A DNA stretch of 64,000 nucleotides from Nitrososphaerales archaeon (GTDB lineage Archaea; Thermoproteota; Nitrososphaeria; Nitrososphaerales; Gagatemarchaeaceae), in assembly GCA_035935095.1 (NCBI GenBank), contig DASYXJ010000075.1, forward strand, positions 1 through 64,000, in the 5' to 3' direction. The notes under the pieces were generated by a model. The model had not been told where the DNA came from. It saw only the letters and a list, made by a program, of their open reading frames with translations, and did no database searches. Of the stretch, positions 10,221 to 19,019 are shown one piece after another. The position numbers and the translations under genes are program-made. Numbering within the stretch: the stretch's first letter is position 1; every line of letters begins with the position of its first letter.

Positions 10221-10611
10221 GCCAAAGCCAAGCACCCTTATCGTCCGTGCCGCGCTCCACAAGACGAATCCTGGTCCCGTCCCTAACGGAGGTGATAACT
10301 AACGGCGCGCGGACAACACGAGCCCCGTTCATTGCTCAGTCCCCACATTGGCTGCAAGGCGACGCTTGAACTCCTCAAGGGTCACCCGCCGCCACCTCTT
10401 TGGCTTGCCCTCGAGCTCCCAGCAGCCGAAATGAAGAACCACTCGCCTTGATTTTGACCGCCAGACCGGAACGAACACGACAGCCTGTCCTTGGGAGAAC
10501 CCCTCCACGCACTCGAAACGAGCGCATCTAGGAGGACCATCAACCCATGCCATTCGGTCGAAAGTCGTTATGTGAAAATGCGGCTTAACAACAGTCGTCG
10601 GTGCTCCACGC

Positions 10612-11811
10612 TCAGGACAAAGGGCAGTCATTTTGGCCACCACTATCCCGAATACGAACCCACGGAGGGAGCAACGCGATGAACGGCTCATTCTCAGCAA
10701 CCAACTTCGCAGTATCCTCTGGAGGCACGCCACGCACAACGTGCATTTCGTGCCCATTAGGACAACAGACCTTCTTACGTTCAACATCATACTCGGTGCG
10801 TTTCGCGAGACGCAGTCCGAGAAACCGCATGAAAGGAGAATCGGGACTCTGACTCTTGGGACTCAAAGCCCCATAGTATCTTACCCGTTGCTTGCCCGCT
10901 CGAGCAGAAAGGGCCTCGCGAACCCAGTCGAGATCAACATCCCCCTCAACATTAACGTCAGCCCACTCAGAAAAGTCCTTGACCGGACTGCGGAACATAT
11001 ATGCTGTCCGATGATTCCATTCATCCCAACCTTCCTCATATCGAACATGAACGTTGACATCGTCCGCCTGAACTTCACCATACTCTGACTCCAAGACCTT
11101 CCTCCAAGAGGCACGAGCCTCAACAAACCGAGAAGGAAGACCTTTCACATCAACACCCGCGTCTTCCAGATGTCGCGTCGAAAAGTGAATAACACGAGCG
11201 GGCTTGACTATACAACCACCATCGACAACCTCAGGCTCGAATCCAAAAGCCAAGGTGATGCCGTGACAATGAACGTGTTTAGGGTCGAACTTACCATTCC
11301 CACTGGGCCTCTTAGAACCCCACCATTGGGGCACAACAATTGTCAACAACTGAACAGACTCAGGAATCTTCAACCTCCGTCGAAGGTAACTCTCGAACCA
11401 TTTCACAGACATGGCAGTAAAGCGATCAATCCCATCCCTCATTGAAACAAAACCACGAAACTCGTATGGAAGCGTAGTCTCCCACCGCCAAAAGCGGATG
11501 GTGGTATGCAAGGACGAGGTTATCTCGCGCATCCGATAACGGAGATAGTCCCAAAGGTGCCTCGTTTCAGCAGCGGAACAAAACGGACACCAACGGGAAC
11601 GACACAGCATACGCTTCCAAGCACCAAAGGATTCCTCACCGTCGCAAGCCCACCAAAAAGACTTGGCACCACACTGAGAAATGCGCTTGGCCTCGACATA
11701 ACCTACAACACGACGAACAATACCAAGCCAGGCCTCGGAAGACTTCTTACGGAACAGATCTTTCCCGTACACGAGTCTGTATTCCTGCCGGCGAACCCTG
11801 TACGGCGTCAT
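10612..11811 (-). CDS. putative HUH-superfamily rolling-circle replication initiator (Rep)-like protein
   Basis: HVHCHGITLAF (His-hydrophobic-His) motif followed by Tyr-containing segments (RTAYMF, RYYGALSP). Cys-rich N-terminal region. Location in the integrase island. Confidence 0.4.
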   Translation of the reverse strand: MTPYRVRRQEYRLVYGKDLFRKKSSEAWLGIVRRVVGYVEAKRISQCGAKSFWWACDGEESFGAWKRMLCRSRWCPFCSAAETRHLWDYLRYRMREITSSLHTTIRFWRWETTLPYEFRGFVSMRDGIDRFTAMSVKWFESYLRRRLKIPESVQLLTIVVPQWWGSKRPSGNGKFDPKHVHCHGITLAFGFEPEVVDGGCIVKPARVIHFSTRHLEDAGVDVKGLPSRFVEARASWRKVLESEYGEVQADDVNVHVRYEEGWDEWNHRTAYMFRSPVKDFSEWADVNVEGDVDLDWVREALSARAGKQRVRYYGALSPKSQSPDSPFMRFLGLRLAKRTEYDVERKKVCCPNGHEMHVVRGVPPEDTAKLVAENEPFIALLPPWVRIRDSGGQNDCPLS

Positions 11812-12035
11812 AGATTCAATCTCAACCCCCGCAGGAGCTTCAGGGCATAATCGAAACCGCAGTTAATGCAGCAGAAACGCGCCAGGTAAGATTCGAAAGC
11901 GCCTAGGTAGCGATAGCTTCCATCGTAGGAAAAGACCTGACCACACCCAAGGCACTCAAACACACCCATTTTCTCAGGCACTAGTAGGCTTCAAAGCAGA
12001 TATAATGGTCAGGCGAATATACTACTGGTATATTC

Positions 12036-12479
12036 ATGGTTCGAAGATGTTTTCATATTTTGGCCGTACAGATTCTGGAGTTATGCAATCAGAAACCGAT
12101 GTCCGTGGTCGATCTGTACTACGCCATGAAGATGAATTATCCGACCATATACCGGACCGTCAGGCCAATGCTCCTTCTAGAGTGGATCAGAGAAGCAAAG
12201 AAGGATGGATCAAGGGTCTTCAACGCAAAGTACTATCACGAGATGATAGGGAAAGACATCGGTAAGATGAGAGTTTTCTCCTTCAGAATTGATCCCAAAG
12301 ATTACTATTATGTGCCTACCGACCTCGGACAGGAAGTTCTCAAGACTTGGAAGCATTTGGTGGACATCCAGATGGAAATCCACACAGTCATGCTCCAAGA
12401 ATTCCTCTTGAAACTCCCAGTTGTGCATCCGGAACTGAAAAGAAAACATAAACCAAGAAAGTACGAGGATACCGAATGA
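12036..12479 (+). CDS. winged-helix transcriptional regulator
   Basis: wHTH-like N-terminal region (MSVVDLYYAMKMNYPTIYRTVRPMLLLEWI). Basic C-terminus. Confidence 0.45.
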   Translation: MVRRCFHILAVQILELCNQKPMSVVDLYYAMKMNYPTIYRTVRPMLLLEWIREAKKDGSRVFNAKYYHEMIGKDIGKMRVFSFRIDPKDYYYVPTDLGQEVLKTWKHLVDIQMEIHTVMLQEFLLKLPVVHPELKRKHKPRKYEDTE

Positions 12480-12496
12480 GCCCGAATGAAAGCTCG

Positions 12497-12862
12497 CTAC
12501 CTATTCTCGCCGCTGCGCCATACAGCACCTATGTTTACTCCTGCACTAAATGCAAACAAGAGACTTTCAAGAACTGCAATTGCAAATATGTCAACAACAT
12601 AAGAATCAGAAACAACAAACCCAACCGAAGAAGCAACTAACGCAAGCAATGATGTGATGATTGCTAGGATTCCTAGCACAACATTCCCGACGAAAAGCCA
12701 CAACATCAGCACCCGTCCGGGGAATCTGTGCCATCGAGTTACCTGATGCAGCCTAAACTCAAACAAGGAGATCTCTTTCATCGCATTAACGGTCAAGAGC
12801 CCGCCTACAGACATGAATAGCGCACTTGCCGTAATCACAGCCTGAAAGAATGCGTCTGACAT
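12497..12862 (-). CDS. small membrane protein (3-4 TM)
   Basis: Hydrophobic profile. Confidence 0.4.
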   Translation of the reverse strand: MSDAFFQAVITASALFMSVGGLLTVNAMKEISLFEFRLHQVTRWHRFPGRVLMLWLFVGNVVLGILAIITSLLALVASSVGFVVSDSYVVDIFAIAVLESLLFAFSAGVNIGAVWRSGENR

Positions 12863-13029
12863 TCATCACGGGGTCTATAGAGCCTCGATAAATGCAATGG
12901 CCAATGAACTACCGCAACTCCTGAGAACCAGCTCAACCATTGGAACCCGTAGTCCTTTGACCCCACTTTAGAAAGAGCCCAAGACAGCTTGTAACGCTTT
13001 AAAGATAGCCTTGCTTCATCTGCTTTAGC

Positions 13030-14268
13030 TTGCTTACCCGTATATCCATTCTAAACTTCAAGGGCATCAGCAGGATAACTTTACCTCTAGCCCCATTGAC
13101 GATTTTCATTGGGGAGAACGGCACCGGAAAATCAACCGTTCTTCAGACTCTAAGCATGCTCAAGCGTTCGGCAAACCAAATGCAAGTCTTCACAGACCTA
13201 CCCTACGCCAACCTCGGTCAACTTAGTAACCTAATTCCTCCAGCAAAAGTATCCGAGATAGAAATTTCTGGCTGGGAAATGATTTCTCTCCCAGCAATTC
13301 CGACAGATAAAGTGTCATTTACTCATAGGGTCGGTTTCGATGTCAATGGCCTGTTCTCAAACACAACCGAATTGAAAATCGGAGAACAGATTGTTCTGAA
13401 CGATTGGACCCGAGCGTTTCAAAGTATCGAGCCCCGTGACTGGAAAATAAGAAAAGCGCACTTCAATCTCTCTCCTCAACCCAACATTGGCGTAGCATTC
13501 AATTTGGGTGGCTATAGTTTCGAAGGTTCACCGACACCTGATGAAACAAAGAGCTCTCAGGAAACCTACAACGACCTCACAAAACTTGCGTCATTGATTT
13601 CATCCATTCTGCAAAGAATCTTCATCGTCTCTCCCCAAAGGGGACTGACCGATCCATTTTACGGGCTGCAGCCATCGCCGACAGAAGAATACTCGCCTCG
13701 TCAAGGAACACAAGTAATGGGTTCGAGCTTGGCGACTAACCTAGAGTACAATCGTTTGAACATTGCCCAGATTTCCGATTGGGAACGCGAGATTCTAGGA
13801 GTCGGCGTAAGCACCAAACTGCAGCCAGGGCCGGTCATTTACGTGAAAAACCCAGAACGAGGCACTGACTTCGTGAACGAGGGTTTTGGCTCCAACCAAC
13901 TTCTATTCGTTCTCGAACGCATAGCGAACACACCTGATTATTCCATTGTGGGAATCGAAGAGCCCGAAATACACCTCCATCCAAAAGCACAATTCAATTT
14001 CGGAAAATGGTTAGCAAAAACCCTTCCATTCCTTAGAAAGCAGGTGATAATCACGACGCACAGTTCTGACATTATTGCGGGAATTCTAGCTGGCGTTCAT
14101 CAAAAAACAATCAAACCCGAATATGTTTCATTGTTGTTCTTCGAACAAAAGGACAAGAAGATTGAGGCATCGATTTCAGAGATTGACCAGGACGGAAAGG
14201 TCACTGGGCCGGCTCTAAGATCCTTTGTTGAATCAGCCGCAGCCCAACTGTCAGAATACACACGATAA
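13030..14268 (+). CDS. ABC/SMC-head-like AAA ATPase (AAA_21/AAA_15-type, PtuA/OLD-like)
   Basis: N-terminal strand (ISILNFKGI), Walker A (GENGTGKST), D-loop/Walker B (IVGIEEPEIHLHP), H-loop (VIITTHSSDII). TTG start. Confidence 0.8.
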   Translation: MLTRISILNFKGISRITLPLAPLTIFIGENGTGKSTVLQTLSMLKRSANQMQVFTDLPYANLGQLSNLIPPAKVSEIEISGWEMISLPAIPTDKVSFTHRVGFDVNGLFSNTTELKIGEQIVLNDWTRAFQSIEPRDWKIRKAHFNLSPQPNIGVAFNLGGYSFEGSPTPDETKSSQETYNDLTKLASLISSILQRIFIVSPQRGLTDPFYGLQPSPTEEYSPRQGTQVMGSSLATNLEYNRLNIAQISDWEREILGVGVSTKLQPGPVIYVKNPERGTDFVNEGFGSNQLLFVLERIANTPDYSIVGIEEPEIHLHPKAQFNFGKWLAKTLPFLRKQVIITTHSSDIIAGILAGVHQKTIKPEYVSLLFFEQKDKKIEASISEIDQDGKVTGPALRSFVESAAAQLSEYTR

Positions 14269-14706
14269 GTGTCTTGGCCTTTGCCCTACATAGTAGACAA
14301 GAGCGTTATGGTTTCAGTTTGGAAAGAGTTCGACATGAACTCAGCCAAGTTTCTCATAAAGGTCCATGAAACCTGTGAAAGAGTCTTTGCAACCGACACG
14401 ATGCAGGCTCTATACAAGCGGCTGCTCAAAGAAGTTGAAGAAAGGCAGAGGTATGGTCCGACCTTATTGAACTCTCTTCAACTATACCTCCTTTGGAAGG
14501 AAACAAAGAAAGTCCAAATCATCTTGACATCGACGCTAACACCTGTCGATGGCGAAGAAGAAGTAGAAGACGAAGACAGAGAATTCATACGATTAGCAAA
14601 GGTAACTGGAGCAATCCTAGTCACATATGATAAGAAATTGCTCAAACTGGCGAGCATATTGGGCTATCAAGCAGCAAAGCCATCAGACTTGCTACAGAAG
14701 CCTTAA
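14269..14706 (+). CDS. PIN-like domain protein (putative nuclease)
   Basis: Abuts the ATPase stop by 1 nt. Acidic residues spaced as in PIN (YIVDKS..., ...EDREF..., ILVTYDKKL). Weak call. Confidence 0.4.
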   Translation: MSWPLPYIVDKSVMVSVWKEFDMNSAKFLIKVHETCERVFATDTMQALYKRLLKEVEERQRYGPTLLNSLQLYLLWKETKKVQIILTSTLTPVDGEEEVEDEDREFIRLAKVTGAILVTYDKKLLKLASILGYQAAKPSDLLQKP

Positions 14707-14741
14707 ACAACCAACTTGGCAGAAGCATGAAGTAGGAATCT

Positions 14742-15266
14742 TTGTTCTATGAAGAAGAACGAAGGACAAAGCCGACACAGGCACTGAAGATTCTAGTTTA
14801 CCGTCGAGACAAAGGAATCTGCCGTCTCTGCGGCGAAAAGGTAGACCCATTGGACTTCGATATCGGACATAACACCGCGTTTGCTAGGGGTGGCAAACTG
14901 AGCCTCAAAAACGCAATCCTACTCCACCCTAGATGTAACAGGTCAATGCAGAAGCTCAACCTAAAAGAAGCAAGGACAGTTCTTGGCATGCCAGAGACTC
15001 AGGAAGAACAAGCAAAGAAAATCCTAAGAAGCCTCGGCATGAATCAACTGAAATATCTCGCCAAGCAAAGCTTCATCAAACTCAAATCAAGAGTCGAGGA
15101 AGGATTCTTTAGCACCACAGTGATTCAACCGTCTAAAAGACAATATGTCAACGCTCTCGCTAAGGCTTTGAACGTCGAAGAGATCAAATCAAAAATCACT
15201 TCTATGCCGAAGCCTGAAAGAAAAAAGAAACCAGCTAAGAAGAAAAGTGGTTTCTGGGACTTCTGA
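14742..15266 (+). CDS. HNH endonuclease with Lys-rich C-terminal tail
   Basis: CRLCGEKVDPLDFDIGHNTAFARGGKLSLKNAILLHPRCNRSM is a classic HNH motif (Cys pairs, catalytic His, Asn). Confidence 0.8.
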   Translation: MFYEEERRTKPTQALKILVYRRDKGICRLCGEKVDPLDFDIGHNTAFARGGKLSLKNAILLHPRCNRSMQKLNLKEARTVLGMPETQEEQAKKILRSLGMNQLKYLAKQSFIKLKSRVEEGFFSTTVIQPSKRQYVNALAKALNVEEIKSKITSMPKPERKKKPAKKKSGFWDF

Positions 15267-15343
15267 CCGTTATGGAACCGTACAGGTCTTGCCTTGACCG
15301 ACTACCAGTAGAAGACAAACTTTGCTGTACTCTCACCTCCCTC

Positions 15344-16138
15344 TCATTGGGTCACATCCAACGCCCCGGTATACCAAGTCGCGACATTCCCGTCTGCTAG
15401 GACATAGATGACAAAAGTGTAATGGCCGGGTGCTGCATTTGAGGAATGTATGCTGAACGTATACGTCCCTGAAGTCCCCCCTGGTGCAAGGTCACTTACT
15501 ATCTGACTGGATGGAGATATTGACATTCCTGTCACAGCGGGTGTAAACAGAACTGACGCACTCAGGTGTGTGTAAAGGACATTTTGACCAGAACTCAGAC
15601 TGTGAACCTCAAAATGAATGGTCGTACTATCATTTCGACCAATGCTGCTCTTTCCAAGAGGATGGAACAGATCCGAATACCATCCAAAACCCGGCACCTG
15701 AACCTTCGGAAGGACATACCATGTGAATTGAGGGCCGACGACTGAGTGAGACCCGTTCACGTCGTGGTAGTTAATATTGGTGGATACAACATACACCCCA
15801 TTTTGAACATCCTTGAAAGAGACATCACTTGACACGTCAATAGATTGACCTTGAAGTATTGTGACAGATGGCATGTTCACTGCTCCAAAAGCAGGAGAGT
15901 TCAAATTCAGAACAACATTGTTGGCATCTCCTCCAGAATCTAAGATTCCAAAATCAAGATGGTTGACTTCTCCCGCGGTTGGATTCTGTATGGGTACTGA
16001 GACGGACAAGATGGCTGCCTTCTTGGCTGTCTGATACGAATGAAATGAAGTCAAGACAAAGGCTCCGCCAACAAGGATCATCACAGCCAATAGCACCACC
16101 GCCGTCCACGATCCATTCGCGTTCCGTCCAAACATCAA
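15344..16138 (-). CDS. N-terminally anchored extracellular beta-rich protein
   Basis: Signal-anchor helix (WTAVVLLAVMILVGGAFVL) then a Ser/Thr/Asn/Val-rich region. Confidence 0.45.
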   Translation of the reverse strand: MMFGRNANGSWTAVVLLAVMILVGGAFVLTSFHSYQTAKKAAILSVSVPIQNPTAGEVNHLDFGILDSGGDANNVVLNLNSPAFGAVNMPSVTILQGQSIDVSSDVSFKDVQNGVYVVSTNINYHDVNGSHSVVGPQFTWYVLPKVQVPGFGWYSDLFHPLGKSSIGRNDSTTIHFEVHSLSSGQNVLYTHLSASVLFTPAVTGMSISPSSQIVSDLAPGGTSGTYTFSIHSSNAAPGHYTFVIYVLADGNVATWYTGALDVTQ

Positions 16139-16215
16139 GTGGAGTACGGATGAGCCCAGTTCAAAGGAGTGTCGGCTTTAAAGGAGCTTCTAGGCGTCTT
16201 CTAAGCGCTTAGAAG

Positions 16216-16800
16216 ATGCCCCAAACATGGCTGAAGAAGGCAATAGGGATCTTCTGGGTTGCAGTTGTCCCTGTTTTACTGACCACTTGGGCATCTACGC
16301 ATCTGCTGGTGCCTTGGCAACCAAACGAATTACCTGTATTTCTGATTCTTACGGTTGTATCATTCCTTCATTTGGCTAACCAAGTGCAATATGACCCAGG
16401 GAGGATTAAACAAGTAAGTTTTCGCAATGTTCCGCCTGAAATAAAAGAATTAATTGTTGAGACAACAAATAGAGGCGAATACATCAACATCGAAATCCTC
16501 AACTGTCTCGATGGTCCCGAGAAGTTGTCCCAAAACGCCTTGAGCATTAAGGTGACGAATGAAAGGGGAATCAAACTGACGCCAACTCAAGCTCGGGAAT
16601 ACGTCCTCAAATTGGAGGGTGAAAGACTCATAGAGAGTCCGATTACCATGGGGAAACAACCGAAAGAGTACCAACTAACCCATAAGGGTAAATGGGTTCG
16701 GCTCGTTATTTCACAGGTTTTGCCCAAAACAAACTTCGAGTTCTATTGGAGAAACTACGTAGGTCTTAGGAATATTCCTCCACAACCACAAGAAACGTAG
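16216..16800 (+). CDS. membrane-anchored winged-helix protein
   Basis: Two N-terminal TM helices. C-terminal wHTH-like segment (LTPTQAREYVLKLEGERLIES). Confidence 0.4.
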   Translation: MPQTWLKKAIGIFWVAVVPVLLTTWASTHLLVPWQPNELPVFLILTVVSFLHLANQVQYDPGRIKQVSFRNVPPEIKELIVETTNRGEYINIEILNCLDGPEKLSQNALSIKVTNERGIKLTPTQAREYVLKLEGERLIESPITMGKQPKEYQLTHKGKWVRLVISQVLPKTNFEFYWRNYVGLRNIPPQPQET

Positions 16801-17116
16801 GAACTGGACGGGAATATGAGCGGTCACCAAATGCAAAATCGGTTAGATAGCGGACTCCAACGCATCAACTTCTCTTGTCAAAGAATCGACTGTCTCGAGC
16901 CGAGAAATCTCCATCGTCCAATTAAGTCAGTCTAAATGGCTATGAACAAACCTTCAGCATCACAAAAGCAATGGAATCCCGAAATGGAGGCAAACTATGC
17001 CCATGTCAGAAGAAGAGCAAAATGCTTTTCCTCTCCATGAGTGTATGAATAATGCACCATTAACGGATTATAAATATGGCGAAGGTTCCCTCTAGATTTG
17101 GAACAGGTCTCGAGTC

Positions 17117-17917
17117 TTGGACCTTGAAAAGCTCCGGATTGGATGCAGCGGCTGGTCCTACAAGGACTGGCAGGGCCTATTCTACCCGAAGGGACTGGCG
17201 CCTAAAGATTTCCTGGGCCACTATTCTAAAGTCTTCAACTCCGTCGAGATAGATTCCAGCTTCTACCGAATCCCGAACCAGTTCATGATAACCCAGTGGC
17301 GGAACAGCACCCCAGAAGGGTTCCTCTTCTCGCCGAAGCTCCCAAAGAAGATAACCCACGAAAAAAAGCTGAAGGATTCAGAATCAACGCTCGTCTTTTT
17401 CTACAGCGTAGTCAGCAAACTCAAGGAAAAGCTCGGACCCATTGCCATCCAGCTTCCCCCTTCTATCAAACTCAGCACACACCTCGAGCTGATCAAGGGC
17501 TTCATTTCGCAACTCAGCCCCGAGTTCAAGCACGCGATAGAATTCAGGCACAAGTCCTGGTTCGTTCCCGAGGTCTACTCTCTCCTTAGAAAGAACAACA
17601 TAGCGATGATCTGGTCGCTCAACCAGTATCTCGAGACTCCCCCGGAGGTAACCGCCGATTTCGTCTACCTCAGGATGGTCGGGGACAGGGAAATCACTGA
17701 GTTCAGCGGCATCCAGAGGGACCGTTCCGACGACATGAAGCGATGGGCCTCGTCGGTCAAGGAGAATTCGAGCAAGTTCGAATCCGGGTACGTCTTCTTC
17801 AACAACCACTTCGCCGGCTTCAGCCCCGAGTCTGCTAACGAGTTCCGCCGTCTCCTTGGGCTCATGGAGCTTGAATGGAAGGCGCAGGGGACGGAGCAAA
17901 GGACTCTCTTCGGGTAG
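17117..17917 (+). CDS. DUF72 family protein (YecE-like)
   Basis: IGCSGWSYKDWQGLFYP N-terminal signature of DUF72. Confidence 0.8.
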   Translation: MDLEKLRIGCSGWSYKDWQGLFYPKGLAPKDFLGHYSKVFNSVEIDSSFYRIPNQFMITQWRNSTPEGFLFSPKLPKKITHEKKLKDSESTLVFFYSVVSKLKEKLGPIAIQLPPSIKLSTHLELIKGFISQLSPEFKHAIEFRHKSWFVPEVYSLLRKNNIAMIWSLNQYLETPPEVTADFVYLRMVGDREITEFSGIQRDRSDDMKRWASSVKENSSKFESGYVFFNNHFAGFSPESANEFRRLLGLMELEWKAQGTEQRTLFG

Positions 17918-17927
17918 TCGCTGATAG

Positions 17928-19019
17928 ATGCAAGCTGAGCGCAGGGCGATTCTCCATGTAGACCTGGACGCGTTCTACGTCTCAGCCGAGATGAGAGAGC
18001 ACCCAGAACTGAAAGGCCTCCCAGTGGTCGTGGGTGCCGACCCAGAAGGTGGAAAGGGGAGGGGCGTTGTTGTCGCATGTTCCTACGAGGCGAGGAAGTT
18101 CGGTCTCAGGTCTGGGATGCCCATTTCCATCGCCTACAGGTTCTGTCCCCAAGCCAAGTACATTCGTCCTGACTGGGGTCTCTACGAACGCGTCTCGGAA
18201 GAAGTCATGTCCACTCTGAAGGGGTTCGCCGACAAGTTCGAACAGGGGAGCATCGACGAAGCATTCCTGGACGTATCAAGCAAGGCAAACGACGAGGAGT
18301 CTGCCTCGAAGTTCGCGAGGGATGTCAAGAAGGCCGTCAAGGAACGGCATGGCCTAACCTGCTCCATCGGCGTCGCCCCGAACAAGTCATCAGCGAAGAT
18401 AGCTTCTGACCGGAACAAACCCGACGGGTTGACTGTGGTCCCGTTCAACGACGTCGCAGGTTTCCTGGCTCCCCTCCCAATCGGGGTTGTCCCGGGAATC
18501 GGAAACAAGACCGGGGATTTCCTAAACGAGAAGGGCATCTCAACAATCGAGCAGCTGCAGAAGCTCGACGGCAAACAACTCCTCACTTGGTTCGGGAAGA
18601 ACGGGGTCTGGCTGTGGGGGGTTATCCACGGGGAAGAGAACGTGGACGTACGGCAGCAGGAGATAGCAAAATCCCTGAGTGTGGAAAGGACATTCAAGGA
18701 AGACGTGAAGGACTTCCGAGAAGTTAGGAAGGAAGCTGCGGACGGCGCATCCGAGCTGATCAGAAGGGTGAAGTCGGCAGGCTATTCATACAGGGTGGCA
18801 GGAATAAAGATCCGATTCAGAGGTTTCGAGACACACACCAGGGAGAAGACACTGGTCAGCCATACGGACAGCGACAGACCTCTCATGGAGGCCGTGGACA
18901 AACTCCTGGACGAGTTCGAATCGAAAGGGAAGCCGGTCAGGTTGGTCGGCGTCCGGGTTGCGGATATTCAGCGCTCGGCTTCTGGTCCAGCAAGGCTGGA
19001 CGACTGGATGGGCGCCTGA
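17928..19019 (+). CDS. dinB: Y-family DNA polymerase IV (DinB/Dpo4)
   Basis: ILHVDLDAFYVSAEM...GVVVACSYEARKFGLRSGMP and the IGVAPNK...VPGIG motifs. Confidence 0.9.
   Translation: MQAERRAILHVDLDAFYVSAEMREHPELKGLPVVVGADPEGGKGRGVVVACSYEARKFGLRSGMPISIAYRFCPQAKYIRPDWGLYERVSEEVMSTLKGFADKFEQGSIDEAFLDVSSKANDEESASKFARDVKKAVKERHGLTCSIGVAPNKSSAKIASDRNKPDGLTVVPFNDVAGFLAPLPIGVVPGIGNKTGDFLNEKGISTIEQLQKLDGKQLLTWFGKNGVWLWGVIHGEENVDVRQQEIAKSLSVERTFKEDVKDFREVRKEAADGASELIRRVKSAGYSYRVAGIKIRFRGFETHTREKTLVSHTDSDRPLMEAVDKLLDEFESKGKPVRLVGVRVADIQRSASGPARLDDWMGA

Larger units (their letters stand above)
7900..17080. mobile_element. putative integrated element (integrase, Rep-like, wHTH regulator, defence cassette)
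   Basis: Visibly AT-richer block bounded by GC-rich host operons. Begins with a tyrosine recombinase and contains a HUH Rep-like ORF. A 12-bp inverted repeat TATAATCCGTTA lies at ~7927-7938 and ~17061-17072; boundaries are approximate. Confidence 0.45.

Noticed and set aside
10329-10790. 153-aa ORF overlapping the 3' end of the Rep-like gene by about 180 nt
   Set aside because: Given the long overlap, its N-terminal third is probably not coding as drawn. Either it starts at an internal Met (~10631) or it is spurious. No domain supports it.
7927-17072. The 12-bp inverted repeat as definitive att sites
   Set aside because: Exact 12-mers in inverted orientation are expected by chance somewhere in a 64 kb window. 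It is kept only as a weak hint in the island finding, not called as a repeat feature.
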